This document shows, piece after piece, positions 56,952 through 64,000 of a stretch of DNA of 64,000 nucleotides. A model generated the notes under the pieces. That model did no database searches. It was given only the letters and a program-made list of their open reading frames with translations, and was not told where the DNA came from. Origin of the DNA: Candidatus Omnitrophota bacterium (GTDB lineage: Bacteria > Omnitrophota > Gorgyraeia > Velamenicoccales > JABMQK01). The stretch covers positions 710,032 to 774,031 of the forward strand of contig JAQTSV010000001.1 in the NCBI GenBank assembly GCA_028711115.1, written 5' to 3'. How positions within the stretch are numbered: position 1 is the first letter of the stretch; each line of letters starts with the position of its first letter. A program made the translations under genes and the position numbers.

Positions 56952-57910
56952 ACGTTCTTTTTTATATTGACGCCGGCAAAACGCTCTAGGCCACAAGAAT
57001 CCTGTGTCCAGCCATTATCTAAGCCGCATTGTTTTAAGCATTCCACAGCCTTTTCGTATTCTTCTTTGGTCACGCGCCTGGAGATTTCCGGATATTTATA
57101 TGCTTGGTAATACGGATGATATTGGCTCATTAAGCTGATGCAGACTTTATTGGATAGTTCCTTACTTATAAATTGCATTACTTTTTCGGTTCCGGAGATA
57201 TTATTTGGCAGAACCAGATGGCGGATTATCAGGCCTTTTGTGATGATATCGTTTTCATCGAATTCGGCATCGCCGACCTGCCTGTGCATTTCCTTTACTG
57301 ACTCTTGATTGAAATTTGGGTAATCTTCTGCCTGCGAATATTTTTTACTATACTTTTTATCTGCGTAACGCATATCCACCAGATAAATATCCATAATACC
57401 TTTCAGAATTTTAATCATTTCCGGTAACTCATAACCAGAGCTATTGTATATCAGAGGTATATTCAGCCCCATTTCTATAGCAATATCGAGTGCCTTTAAT
57501 ATTTGCGGCATTACGTGTGTAGGCGTGACCAAGTTGATATTATGGCAGCCCAGTTCCTGCAGATAGAGCATCATATCGCCAAGCCTTTCAGGCGAAACAA
57601 TTCTTCCCTCTCCTTCTTGGCTAAATCTGTAATTCTGGCAGTATGCGCATTTTAGATTACAGAAAGAAAAGAATATTGTGCCAGAACCTTTGGTGCCGGA
57701 TATGGGCGGTTCTTCTCCGTGGTGAGGCATATAGCTGCAGACAACAGGATTTAAGCCGACTCCGCAGAATCCTTTTTCGTCTTTAGTGCGATTTACTCCG
57801 CACCGGCGGGGACAGATTGTACAGCTTTCCAATATTTTGTATGTTTCTTTAATCTTCGTTTTTAAAGCAGACCTATTGGAAGGTTTAAGATAACTGGGGT
57901 AATTTTCCAT
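56948..57910 (-). CDS. Radical SAM enzyme of the PflX (PFL-activase-like) type
   Basis: N-terminal CTICPRRCGVNR...GFCGV and the radical SAM motif CNLKCAYCQN. Confidence 0.82.
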   Translation of the reverse strand: MENYPSYLKPSNRSALKTKIKETYKILESCTICPRRCGVNRTKDEKGFCGVGLNPVVCSYMPHHGEEPPISGTKGSGTIFFSFCNLKCAYCQNYRFSQEGEGRIVSPERLGDMMLYLQELGCHNINLVTPTHVMPQILKALDIAIEMGLNIPLIYNSSGYELPEMIKILKGIMDIYLVDMRYADKKYSKKYSQAEDYPNFNQESVKEMHRQVGDAEFDENDIITKGLIIRHLVLPNNISGTEKVMQFISKELSNKVCISLMSQYHPYYQAYKYPEISRRVTKEEYEKAVECLKQCGLDNGWTQDSCGLERFAGVNIKKNV

Positions 57911-58440
57911 TATTTATTAGCCTGTAACTGAGAGTTTAGCATATTACGAATTTTAATAAATATTTCTATGGATTCTTTTTTTTGATAGTCAGGATAGGTC
58001 CAAGGCAGAGGCCAGAATGTTTTTTCCTTAAATATCAATGTCAGTTCTTGATAAATCCCGCCCTTTATATAAATCCTGTGAGAATAATCCTTGGTAGAGG
58101 CCAAGATAAGATTGGCCTGGGTAATATATCCGGGGTCGAGATTTACTTGTCTTTTATTGTCTTTAGTGAACTTCTTTTCTAATTTATTGGTGATAGTCTT
58201 TATTTTCCATAAATCGTCAGCTTTAATTAGTTTCTTGAAAGAAATAAATTTTCTTTTTAAATCAGCGCCGAATTCTTTCTCGTAGTAATCGGTTTGGTTA
58301 AAATCAAGCATTCCGCTTTCAAAATCTATGGGTCCGAATTTTCTGGATAGGACATTTTCTATAGCTTCAAAAAGATTATTATTCTGCGTAAATATGCTAA
58401 TGATTAATTTTACCGGCAAGGTTTCTCTGATTTCTCCCAC
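57910..58440 (-). CDS. DUF4416-like protein
   Basis: 176 aa; GPIDFES..FNQTDYYEKEFG, VNLDPGYI and WTYPDY motifs as I recall them for DUF4416. TAATG overlap with the radical SAM start. Confidence 0.6.
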   Translation of the reverse strand: MGEIRETLPVKLIISIFTQNNNLFEAIENVLSRKFGPIDFESGMLDFNQTDYYEKEFGADLKRKFISFKKLIKADDLWKIKTITNKLEKKFTKDNKRQVNLDPGYITQANLILASTKDYSHRIYIKGGIYQELTLIFKEKTFWPLPWTYPDYQKKESIEIFIKIRNMLNSQLQANK

Positions 58441-58587
58441 GGTATTAATTTTTATAACCTATCGGCATAACAAGCAAGACAGGATATCCGATGCCCAATA
58501 ATTAGTTTGTTTTACCATCCTTAAAAAACCGAGACAATAATGATTTTACAGAGACGGGGCATTCAGTTTATAGATATGGTTGACTAT

Positions 58588-58953
58588 TTATAAAGTTGGT
58601 TGGCTTTTGACAAAGCGGTCAATCTTTAGCATGTTTATTTTGCTGATTTCGTTGAAATACACGGCTATATTATATTGTATTTCTAGGTTGTTTCCTTTTT
58701 TTTCTACACGCACCACCACGCCTTCACAATTGATATAGCTGGAGTTGTTTTTCATTTTAGACGGAAGAAGGATCGTAGCTTTGATTTTGGTAAATGGCGG
58801 GATGTATCTGTCAACTTGGCAGTATGTCCCGGTACAGCTAATATTTTTTGTTTCGGTGACGATATCGAAATCTTCGTTTTTTATCTTAATGGGCAGATTT
58901 CTTTCAGCCCTGGGATAGCGTCGTTTTTCAATTTTATTTTTGTCTTCAGACAT
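58588..58953 (-). CDS. PilZ-domain protein
   Basis: RRYPRAERN (RxxxR) and TKNISCTG (D/NxSxxG) motifs. Confidence 0.78.
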   Translation of the reverse strand: MSEDKNKIEKRRYPRAERNLPIKIKNEDFDIVTETKNISCTGTYCQVDRYIPPFTKIKATILLPSKMKNNSSYINCEGVVVRVEKKGNNLEIQYNIAVYFNEISKINMLKIDRFVKSQPTL

Positions 58954-58956
58954 AAG

Positions 58957-59145
58957 TTATTTCTTTTCCTGTTTTTCTTTTTCTTGTTTTTCCTTTTCCT
59001 GTTTTTCTTCAGTTTGCTTTTTTAAAAAAGCCTTATAGCAGTTTTTGTTGCAGAAGTATTTTCCGTCACGATAATATCTTTTTACTATTTTTAGTGCCTT
59101 GTTGCATGCTACACAATTGACTTTCTTTGAAGATTCTTGAGCCAC
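58957..59145 (-). CDS. TRASH/MYM-like zinc-ribbon protein with an (EKQEK)n tail
   Basis: C-x2-C-x17-C-x3-C (CVACNK...FCNKNC). The tail EEKQEKEKQEKEKQEKK is encoded by a short tandem DNA repeat. Confidence 0.6.
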   Translation of the reverse strand: MAQESSKKVNCVACNKALKIVKRYYRDGKYFCNKNCYKAFLKKQTEEKQEKEKQEKEKQEKK

Positions 59146-59172
59146 AGTTTTATCCTTTCTTTATAATATGCT

Positions 59173-59523
59173 TTATTGTTCAGTGAGTTCTCTTACAGCA
59201 ATATATTCTCTTAGTATATTTTGGTCTCGCGTATCCAGGTTTATAAAACGCAATCCATTGTGATAGGTATTAGCAAAACGCATATTATATGACCAGACCG
59301 TCTCGGCCATGGCCTCGATGACCTTGTTTATCCCTTCAAGGCTGATTTTAAGCAAGAGTTTGGTTTTTGGAGGGTAAAATTTCTTCAGTACTAGTCTTAT
59401 GCCACCTTCGCTTATATCTTTGCAGACAGTAGTATTGTATTCTTTTTTTTCTGTCTCTAAAACTTCGTAATTTATTGGTAAGGATAAACTTATACGTTTA
59501 TGCAAACGTTTTTCTTCGTTCAT
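59173..59523 (-). CDS. PilZ-domain protein
   Basis: KRLHKRISL (RxxxR-like) and CKDISEGG (DxSxxG) motifs. Confidence 0.78.
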   Translation of the reverse strand: MNEEKRLHKRISLSLPINYEVLETEKKEYNTTVCKDISEGGIRLVLKKFYPPKTKLLLKISLEGINKVIEAMAETVWSYNMRFANTYHNGLRFINLDTRDQNILREYIAVRELTEQ

Positions 59524-59615
59524 TATTTGTAAGATATCACATATTATTTATAGTGTCAAACACTTTGTATTCTCGGAAAACAAAGAAATCGGGATTGGTT
59601 TAATTGCCTGGTTAT

Positions 59616-60704
59616 CTAAATGAGGTGTCTGAGGATAGTTTTTCTTATAATGATTTCGGGTATGTTATTTTTTATAGTTACCCTTCCGATAGCTGCTGGT
59701 AAGACAAATTTATTCCTTACTTGGATGAATTTTTTGTCTCTTACCAACGAATTCATAATTTTATTCAAAGCTATTCCTTTAAATTGCGTGGGTAATTTAT
59801 ATAATCTAATCAGATTGATTATTTGTTTGAGTTTATTTTCTTTAATCAGCTTCAAATTGTAGGATATTTCTGTAGCGCAGGCCATTCCTATGCTGATAGC
59901 TTCGCCATGGCTGTATTTATGATAACCTGCAGCAGCTTCAATGGCATGGCCAATAGTATGTCCGAAATTGAGTATAGTCCGTATCCCCTTCTTTTCCTGT
60001 TCGTCTCTTTCTACTACCTGAGCCTTGATGGCTATACACCTTTCTTCTATCAGTTCAACAGCTTTTTTATTTAAACAAAAGACTTTCTTATAATTATTCT
60101 TCAGAAAATTGAATAGAAATTTATCTTTTATTATCGCGTATTTGATTACTTCGGCGAGCCCGGATCTTAATTGTCTTTCAGAAAGACTTTTTAATAATCC
60201 CGGATCGACGATAACTGCCTTGGGCTGGTGAAATGCGCCCACTAAATTCTTTGCCACTTTTAGATCGATAGCAGTCTTTCCTCCTATTGAGGAATCGACC
60301 TGCGCCAAAAGTGTCGTGGGTATCTGTATGTACGGCACGCCGCGTTTATATATTGAGGCGATAAATCCTGTAAGGTCGCCTACCACACCGCCGCCCAAGG
60401 CCACGAGGAAGATTTGTTTTTTATTGTCATATTTGGATATTTTATCAATGAGGTTTAAACAATATTGGATAGATTTTGCCTTTTCCGAATCAGGCGCGGT
60501 ATAGAATTTAGAAGAAATGCCGCATCTAGTGAGGCTATTTTGAATCTGGATACCAAATTTCCTTTTAAGATAGCTGTTGGTAATTATGACAGCATCTTTA
60601 CCGATTTTCAGCCTGGCCAAGAGATTGCCGGCCTTAGTAATGCTGCCTTGTTGGATATATATAGGATAACTTTTGGATTTTAATTTCAATTTGATAATTT
60701 TCAT
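59616..60704 (-). CDS. aroB: 3-dehydroquinate synthase
   Basis: GGGVVGDLTGF, VDSSIGGKT, FGHTIGHAIE and HGEAISIGM motifs. Confidence 0.92.
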   Translation of the reverse strand: MKIIKLKLKSKSYPIYIQQGSITKAGNLLARLKIGKDAVIITNSYLKRKFGIQIQNSLTRCGISSKFYTAPDSEKAKSIQYCLNLIDKISKYDNKKQIFLVALGGGVVGDLTGFIASIYKRGVPYIQIPTTLLAQVDSSIGGKTAIDLKVAKNLVGAFHQPKAVIVDPGLLKSLSERQLRSGLAEVIKYAIIKDKFLFNFLKNNYKKVFCLNKKAVELIEERCIAIKAQVVERDEQEKKGIRTILNFGHTIGHAIEAAAGYHKYSHGEAISIGMACATEISYNLKLIKENKLKQIINLIRLYKLPTQFKGIALNKIMNSLVRDKKFIQVRNKFVLPAAIGRVTIKNNIPEIIIRKTILRHLI

Positions 60705-61294
60705 ATTAGAAATCCTGTTAAGGTTGAGACAACTGTATTAATAATCGAATCCAACAGCCCCATATACAAAAGTATAAATATTATTATAAAACCAAATGGT
60801 TCAATTTGCATATAACGATAAGTTAGCTTTGGCGGCAATAACCCCATCAGAACTCTTGAGCCGTCCAATGGCGGGATGGGGATCAGGTTCAATACTGCCA
60901 AAACAAGATTTATAATTATAAAATATTTTAATATAGCCGCAGCAAACAAGATGATTTTTAATTTTATGATCAGGCTGAGTATGATTGCCAGCAGGATATT
61001 TGCGCACGGACCAGCAAGACCTACCCAGATTATATCTTTTTTAGGATTGTGAAGTCCGCTGAAATTAACTGGTATGGGTTTTGCCCAGCCGAATAATATA
61101 GGCGCACCTGTTAAAATAAGAAACGCAGGAAGAATTATTGTGCCTATGGGATCAATATGTGCGAGTGGGTTTAGGGTTAATCTGCCCGAATACTTTGCTG
61201 TAGGATCGCCCAGTTTATATGCTATCCATCCATGGGCAAATTCATGAACTACTACAGCCAGAAAGAATAAGATTATAGCAAATAATATACTCAT
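60701..61294 (-). CDS. M50/site-2-protease family membrane metalloprotease
   Basis: HEFAHG (HExxH) in TM1, LNLIPIPPLDG, and a polytopic topology. Confidence 0.82.
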   Translation of the reverse strand: MSILFAIILFFLAVVVHEFAHGWIAYKLGDPTAKYSGRLTLNPLAHIDPIGTIILPAFLILTGAPILFGWAKPIPVNFSGLHNPKKDIIWVGLAGPCANILLAIILSLIIKLKIILFAAAILKYFIIINLVLAVLNLIPIPPLDGSRVLMGLLPPKLTYRYMQIEPFGFIIIFILLYMGLLDSIINTVVSTLTGFLI

Positions 61295-61400
61295 TTATAT
61301 TTGTTGTTCGGCAACTAAATATATATCCGCTTTGCATAAAGACAGTAAATCTTTATTTGCAAAGAAGCGGCAAATTCTTTTAGAATCGCCGAAAATCACT

Positions 61401-61730
61401 CTAGGATTTTTCTTTAGATTTCGCCTGTTTTTCAGCAGCTGGAGCAGCCTTAGCCGGTGTAGCCTTAGCCGGTGCAGCTTTAGCTGAACTAGCTTTGGCT
61501 TCTGTGGTAGCTGCAGTAGCTTCTGTTGTAGCTTCAGCTTCAGGTTTTTCAGCAGCTTTTTCCTTTTTGATCTTTAGTCTGACAATTTTTAACTTAGGCA
61601 AACCAAATATCTTGGAAGACTCAGTCCATTTACCTTCTTTCATTAGTTGTTTGATTCTCTCGGAACGTTTCAGGACTGTGCGCTGCTGTTTTCCTTTTAA
61701 GGCAGAACTTAATGAAGGGTGTATTGACAT
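61401..61730 (-). CDS. Small basic protein with an Ala/Lys-rich (histone H1-like) tail
   Basis: 109 aa. The N-terminal part is conserved-looking (KWTESSKIFGLPK); the tail is AKAAPAKATPAKAAPAAEK. Confidence 0.6.
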   Translation of the reverse strand: MSIHPSLSSALKGKQQRTVLKRSERIKQLMKEGKWTESSKIFGLPKLKIVRLKIKKEKAAEKPEAEATTEATAATTEAKASSAKAAPAKATPAKAAPAAEKQAKSKEKS

Positions 61731-61731
61731 T

Positions 61732-62319
61732 TTAGATTTTCCTTATAAAGCAGTCTTTGTATGTTTGTTTTAGTTTATTCAGATGCTCTGTGGCATCTTT
61801 TTTGTTTGTAAATTTTCCTGCGCAGACTTGCATATATTCGCCGCTTCCTATTAGAACGGTATTGTAGCCCTTTTGTTGCAACTTAGAAGCCTCTTTCTTT
61901 ATAAACGAGGAATTCTTTTTATATGTGGCTACCTGAATGATATAATTCGAACTCATCAGATTGCCATCTTTTACTTTTTTCGCAGTATTTTCAACAGGGG
62001 GATTTAAGACGGGTTGTTTTACTACCTCTTCTCTCTTTATGGCAGTTTCTTTGGTGGTTTCTTGTGTTTTAGTAGTGACAATAAGACGTGGCATGACTTG
62101 ATTTTTTGCAAGTATCTTTCCACGCTCTATCCCCAGGGCAAAGCTGATTATGAGGAGAATCATTAAACAGGCAATCTTTATACAGAGCTGTGTAGGAAAC
62201 TTAAGCGTTGTCGTCTGTTCCGAAGTTTCCCGAGGAGAAAATGGCTCTCTTTTCGCCTTAGTACCCAGATTAAATATTTCTAATTGAATTTGTTTCTGCG
62301 ACATGAGAGTATTATACAC
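61732..62319 (-). CDS. SPOR-domain membrane protein
   Basis: A single TM, then the C-terminal YIIQVATYKKNSSFIKKEASKLQQKGY...VCAGKFTNKKDA SPOR pattern. Confidence 0.75.
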   Translation of the reverse strand: MYNTLMSQKQIQLEIFNLGTKAKREPFSPRETSEQTTTLKFPTQLCIKIACLMILLIISFALGIERGKILAKNQVMPRLIVTTKTQETTKETAIKREEVVKQPVLNPPVENTAKKVKDGNLMSSNYIIQVATYKKNSSFIKKEASKLQQKGYNTVLIGSGEYMQVCAGKFTNKKDATEHLNKLKQTYKDCFIRKI

Positions 62320-62325
62320 TCTTAT

Positions 62326-63378
62326 TTAAATTTTCTTCAAGCTTTTTTTTATTTTTTTGCTGGAAATAGCCTTTAAGAATTCATTTACTACTTTAGGATC
62401 AAATTGCGAACCGCTATTTCTTTTGATTTCTTTTACGGCGGTATCGATACTTATCTTCTGACGATACGGTCTGCCAAATACCATGGCATCAAATGCATCT
62501 GCCACGGCCATAATTCTCGAACCCAAGGGTATTCTGTTGCCTTTTAACTGCGAGGGATATCCTTTTCCGTCGTATCTTTCATGGTGGTGCAGTATGATAG
62601 GCACAGCAGGTTTTAGAATTTTCAGATGTTTGATTATTTCAGCTCCCTTTGTGGGGTGTTGTTTGATGACCTTGAATTCTTCCCCTGTAAGCGTTGTGGA
62701 TTTTACAAGGATTTCATAAGGAACATCAATTTTACCCATATCGTGCAACATGCTCGCATATTTTAAACTCTGCCTGCTTTCTTCATCTAGGTGCATTCTG
62801 TCCGCTATTTCGTCGACAATCTTTAAGAAACACCCTGAATGCGTGGATGTGGGGAAACGGGAATTAATAAGCGTTAATATTGATTTTATAGTGCCCGTTA
62901 TAATTCTTTGCTGTTCCTGATAAAGCTCCAGATTCTTTAAGGCCAGTACTGCCTGGGCGCTGATAGTCATTATTATTTCGTGGTCAAAATCGTTAAACTC
63001 ATCTTCTTTTTTCTTTAAGATGACGATACCAATAAGGTCTTCAGCTATTAAAGGAACGGCCAGGAGATTTTTCATGTGCAGGAAACTGCTTTTTTTAATA
63101 ATTCTTTTCTCCAGCCTATTCTTAATCTTTGTTTTCTTTTCTATGATGATACTGTGTTTTTTGTCTACCTTTGTTCTGTAGAGCGCATAATCTTTATTCG
63201 GTTCAATAATGACTATACTGCCGCTGTCTGCCTTTATAATCTGACAGAATAACTTTGTAAGCCTGACCAGAAAATCTTTTATCTCGAATGTAGAGTTGAT
63301 TAAACGATATATGGTATGAAGCGATGAAATGATAGCTTTATACTTTTTCGTATGGGTCAAATAGTTTTTTGTGTTCAT
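62326..63378 (-). CDS. GAF-domain HD-GYP protein (second copy in the window)
   Basis: MLHDMGKIDVP and HHHERYDGKGYPSQL motifs. The first His-containing motif is atypical (THSGCFLKI). Confidence 0.8.
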   Translation of the reverse strand: MNTKNYLTHTKKYKAIISSLHTIYRLINSTFEIKDFLVRLTKLFCQIIKADSGSIVIIEPNKDYALYRTKVDKKHSIIIEKKTKIKNRLEKRIIKKSSFLHMKNLLAVPLIAEDLIGIVILKKKEDEFNDFDHEIIMTISAQAVLALKNLELYQEQQRIITGTIKSILTLINSRFPTSTHSGCFLKIVDEIADRMHLDEESRQSLKYASMLHDMGKIDVPYEILVKSTTLTGEEFKVIKQHPTKGAEIIKHLKILKPAVPIILHHHERYDGKGYPSQLKGNRIPLGSRIMAVADAFDAMVFGRPYRQKISIDTAVKEIKRNSGSQFDPKVVNEFLKAISSKKIKKSLKKI

Positions 63379-64000
63379 CTAGTGCGCACCTGTCTGTCAT
63401 TCCTGCAATATAATCGCATACCACGCGATATTTATTTTCTCTTTCCAGCTTTAGCCGAAATTCTTGCGGTAATGCCTGCGGTTTTCTAATATATATTTTG
63501 AATAATTCATCGATAAAGCGTTTTGCTTTGTCGGCCATCCTTATTACCCGGTAGTGTTTGTAGAGATTGTCCAAAAGAAAGGTCCTCAGCTGAATACGTT
63601 TCCGGGCTATTTCTTTGCTAAAGGTAATTAGTTTTTTCTTTGCGTTCCTTACATCTTTTACGCCGGATATTCTATGTGCCGATATATTTTTTTGGGATTC
63701 TTTGATTAAATCACTGACCAATATATTTATCAACAGTCTGATTACCTGATATTTCTGTATAGTAGGACTTATTTTACCGACTTCTTTTTGGAGATATAAA
63801 TTTGTCTCTTTCCATAAGGTGAGGTCTTTTAGGGCTTCTTCGTTGATTAAGCCCGAGGTGATTCCATCGTCTAAATCGTGGTTGTCATAGGCGATTTCGT
63901 CAGCGATGTCTACGACTTGGGCTTCCAGCGTAGGCATTTTATTGGAATGGAATTCTTTTGTTTGTGTTGCTGTGTCATATTTTGTGGAGTGTTTAGCAAT
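63338..64000 (-). CDS. dgt: dGTP triphosphohydrolase-like protein (N-terminal part lies beyond the window edge)
   Basis: TLEAQVVDIADEIAYDNHDLDDG motif. The frame stays open upstream of the ORF-track Met to position 64000 (IAKHSTKYDT..., translated by hand). Confidence 0.82.
   Translation of the reverse strand: MAKHSTKYDTATQTKEFHSNKMPTLEAQVVDIADEIAYDNHDLDDGITSGLINEEALKDLTLWKETNLYLQKEVGKISPTIQKYQVIRLLINILVSDLIKESQKNISAHRISGVKDVRNAKKKLITFSKEIARKRIQLRTFLLDNLYKHYRVIRMADKAKRFIDELFKIYIRKPQALPQEFRLKLERENKYRVVCDYIAGMTDRCALDEHKKLFDPYEKV

Overview
The window looks like a chromosomal segment of an AT-rich diderm bacterium. TolC, RND, an OM beta-barrel and many lipoproteins support a diderm envelope. There is no rRNA or tRNA to anchor taxonomy, and all calls rest on reading the supplied translations and the DNA by eye.

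Layout:
- (1) 1-7.1 kb: end of the spc/alpha ribosomal operons (S5 end, L15, SecY, Adk, Map, IF-1, L36, S13, S11, S4, RpoA, L17). There is no L30 gene, and L17 carries a long Lys/Glu tail.
- (2) 7.2-15.4 kb: central metabolism. It holds an aminotransferase, a two-subunit aconitase-family dehydratase split by pilT, an IDH-like gene, MDH, an E3-like flavoprotein, LipB and a stand-alone lipoyl domain.
- (3) 15.6-28 kb: a tightly packed orphan type II FAS/PKS-like cassette. Its genes are an HTH regulator, a KS-like subunit lacking all three catalytic residues, KR, ACP, DH, a competent KS, an acyl/thioester reductase and a CrtI/RetSat-like flavoenzyme. Two 7TM-type histidine kinases are interleaved and translationally coupled, followed by a receiver and a GAF-HD-GYP protein.
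- (4) 28.4-40.4 kb: an XRE-cupin regulator, an Ig-like secreted protein and a 2524-aa TcB/TcC-like RHS fusion with an unknown C-terminal toxin. Downstream lie two paralogous BamE-like lipoproteins separated by a 24-codon orphan copy of the toxin tail, then further lipoproteins and an M48 protease.
- (5) 40.4-47.5 kb: a tandem pair of secreted paralogs, an OM barrel, a CHASE2-GGDEF protein, SpoVG and a BNR-like propeller.
- (6) 47.6-53.7 kb: a MarR-TolC-MFP-RND operon ending in a coupled PII-like gene.
- (7) 54-64 kb: small regulators and housekeeping genes. These are DUF134 with a perfect 28-bp palindrome, a LexA-like protein lacking the cleavage site and the Ser/Lys dyad, and a DUF4416 / radical-SAM / ZnF-HTH operon. 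They are followed by a PilZ / Zn-ribbon / PilZ trio, aroB, an M50 protease, a SPOR protein, a second GAF-HD-GYP and a dGTPase.

I recognised no transposase, integrase, CRISPR array, tRNA or rRNA. The two best candidates for a novel system are the KS/CLF-like lipid cassette with embedded sensors and the RHS toxin locus with its orphan-tail/immunity array.
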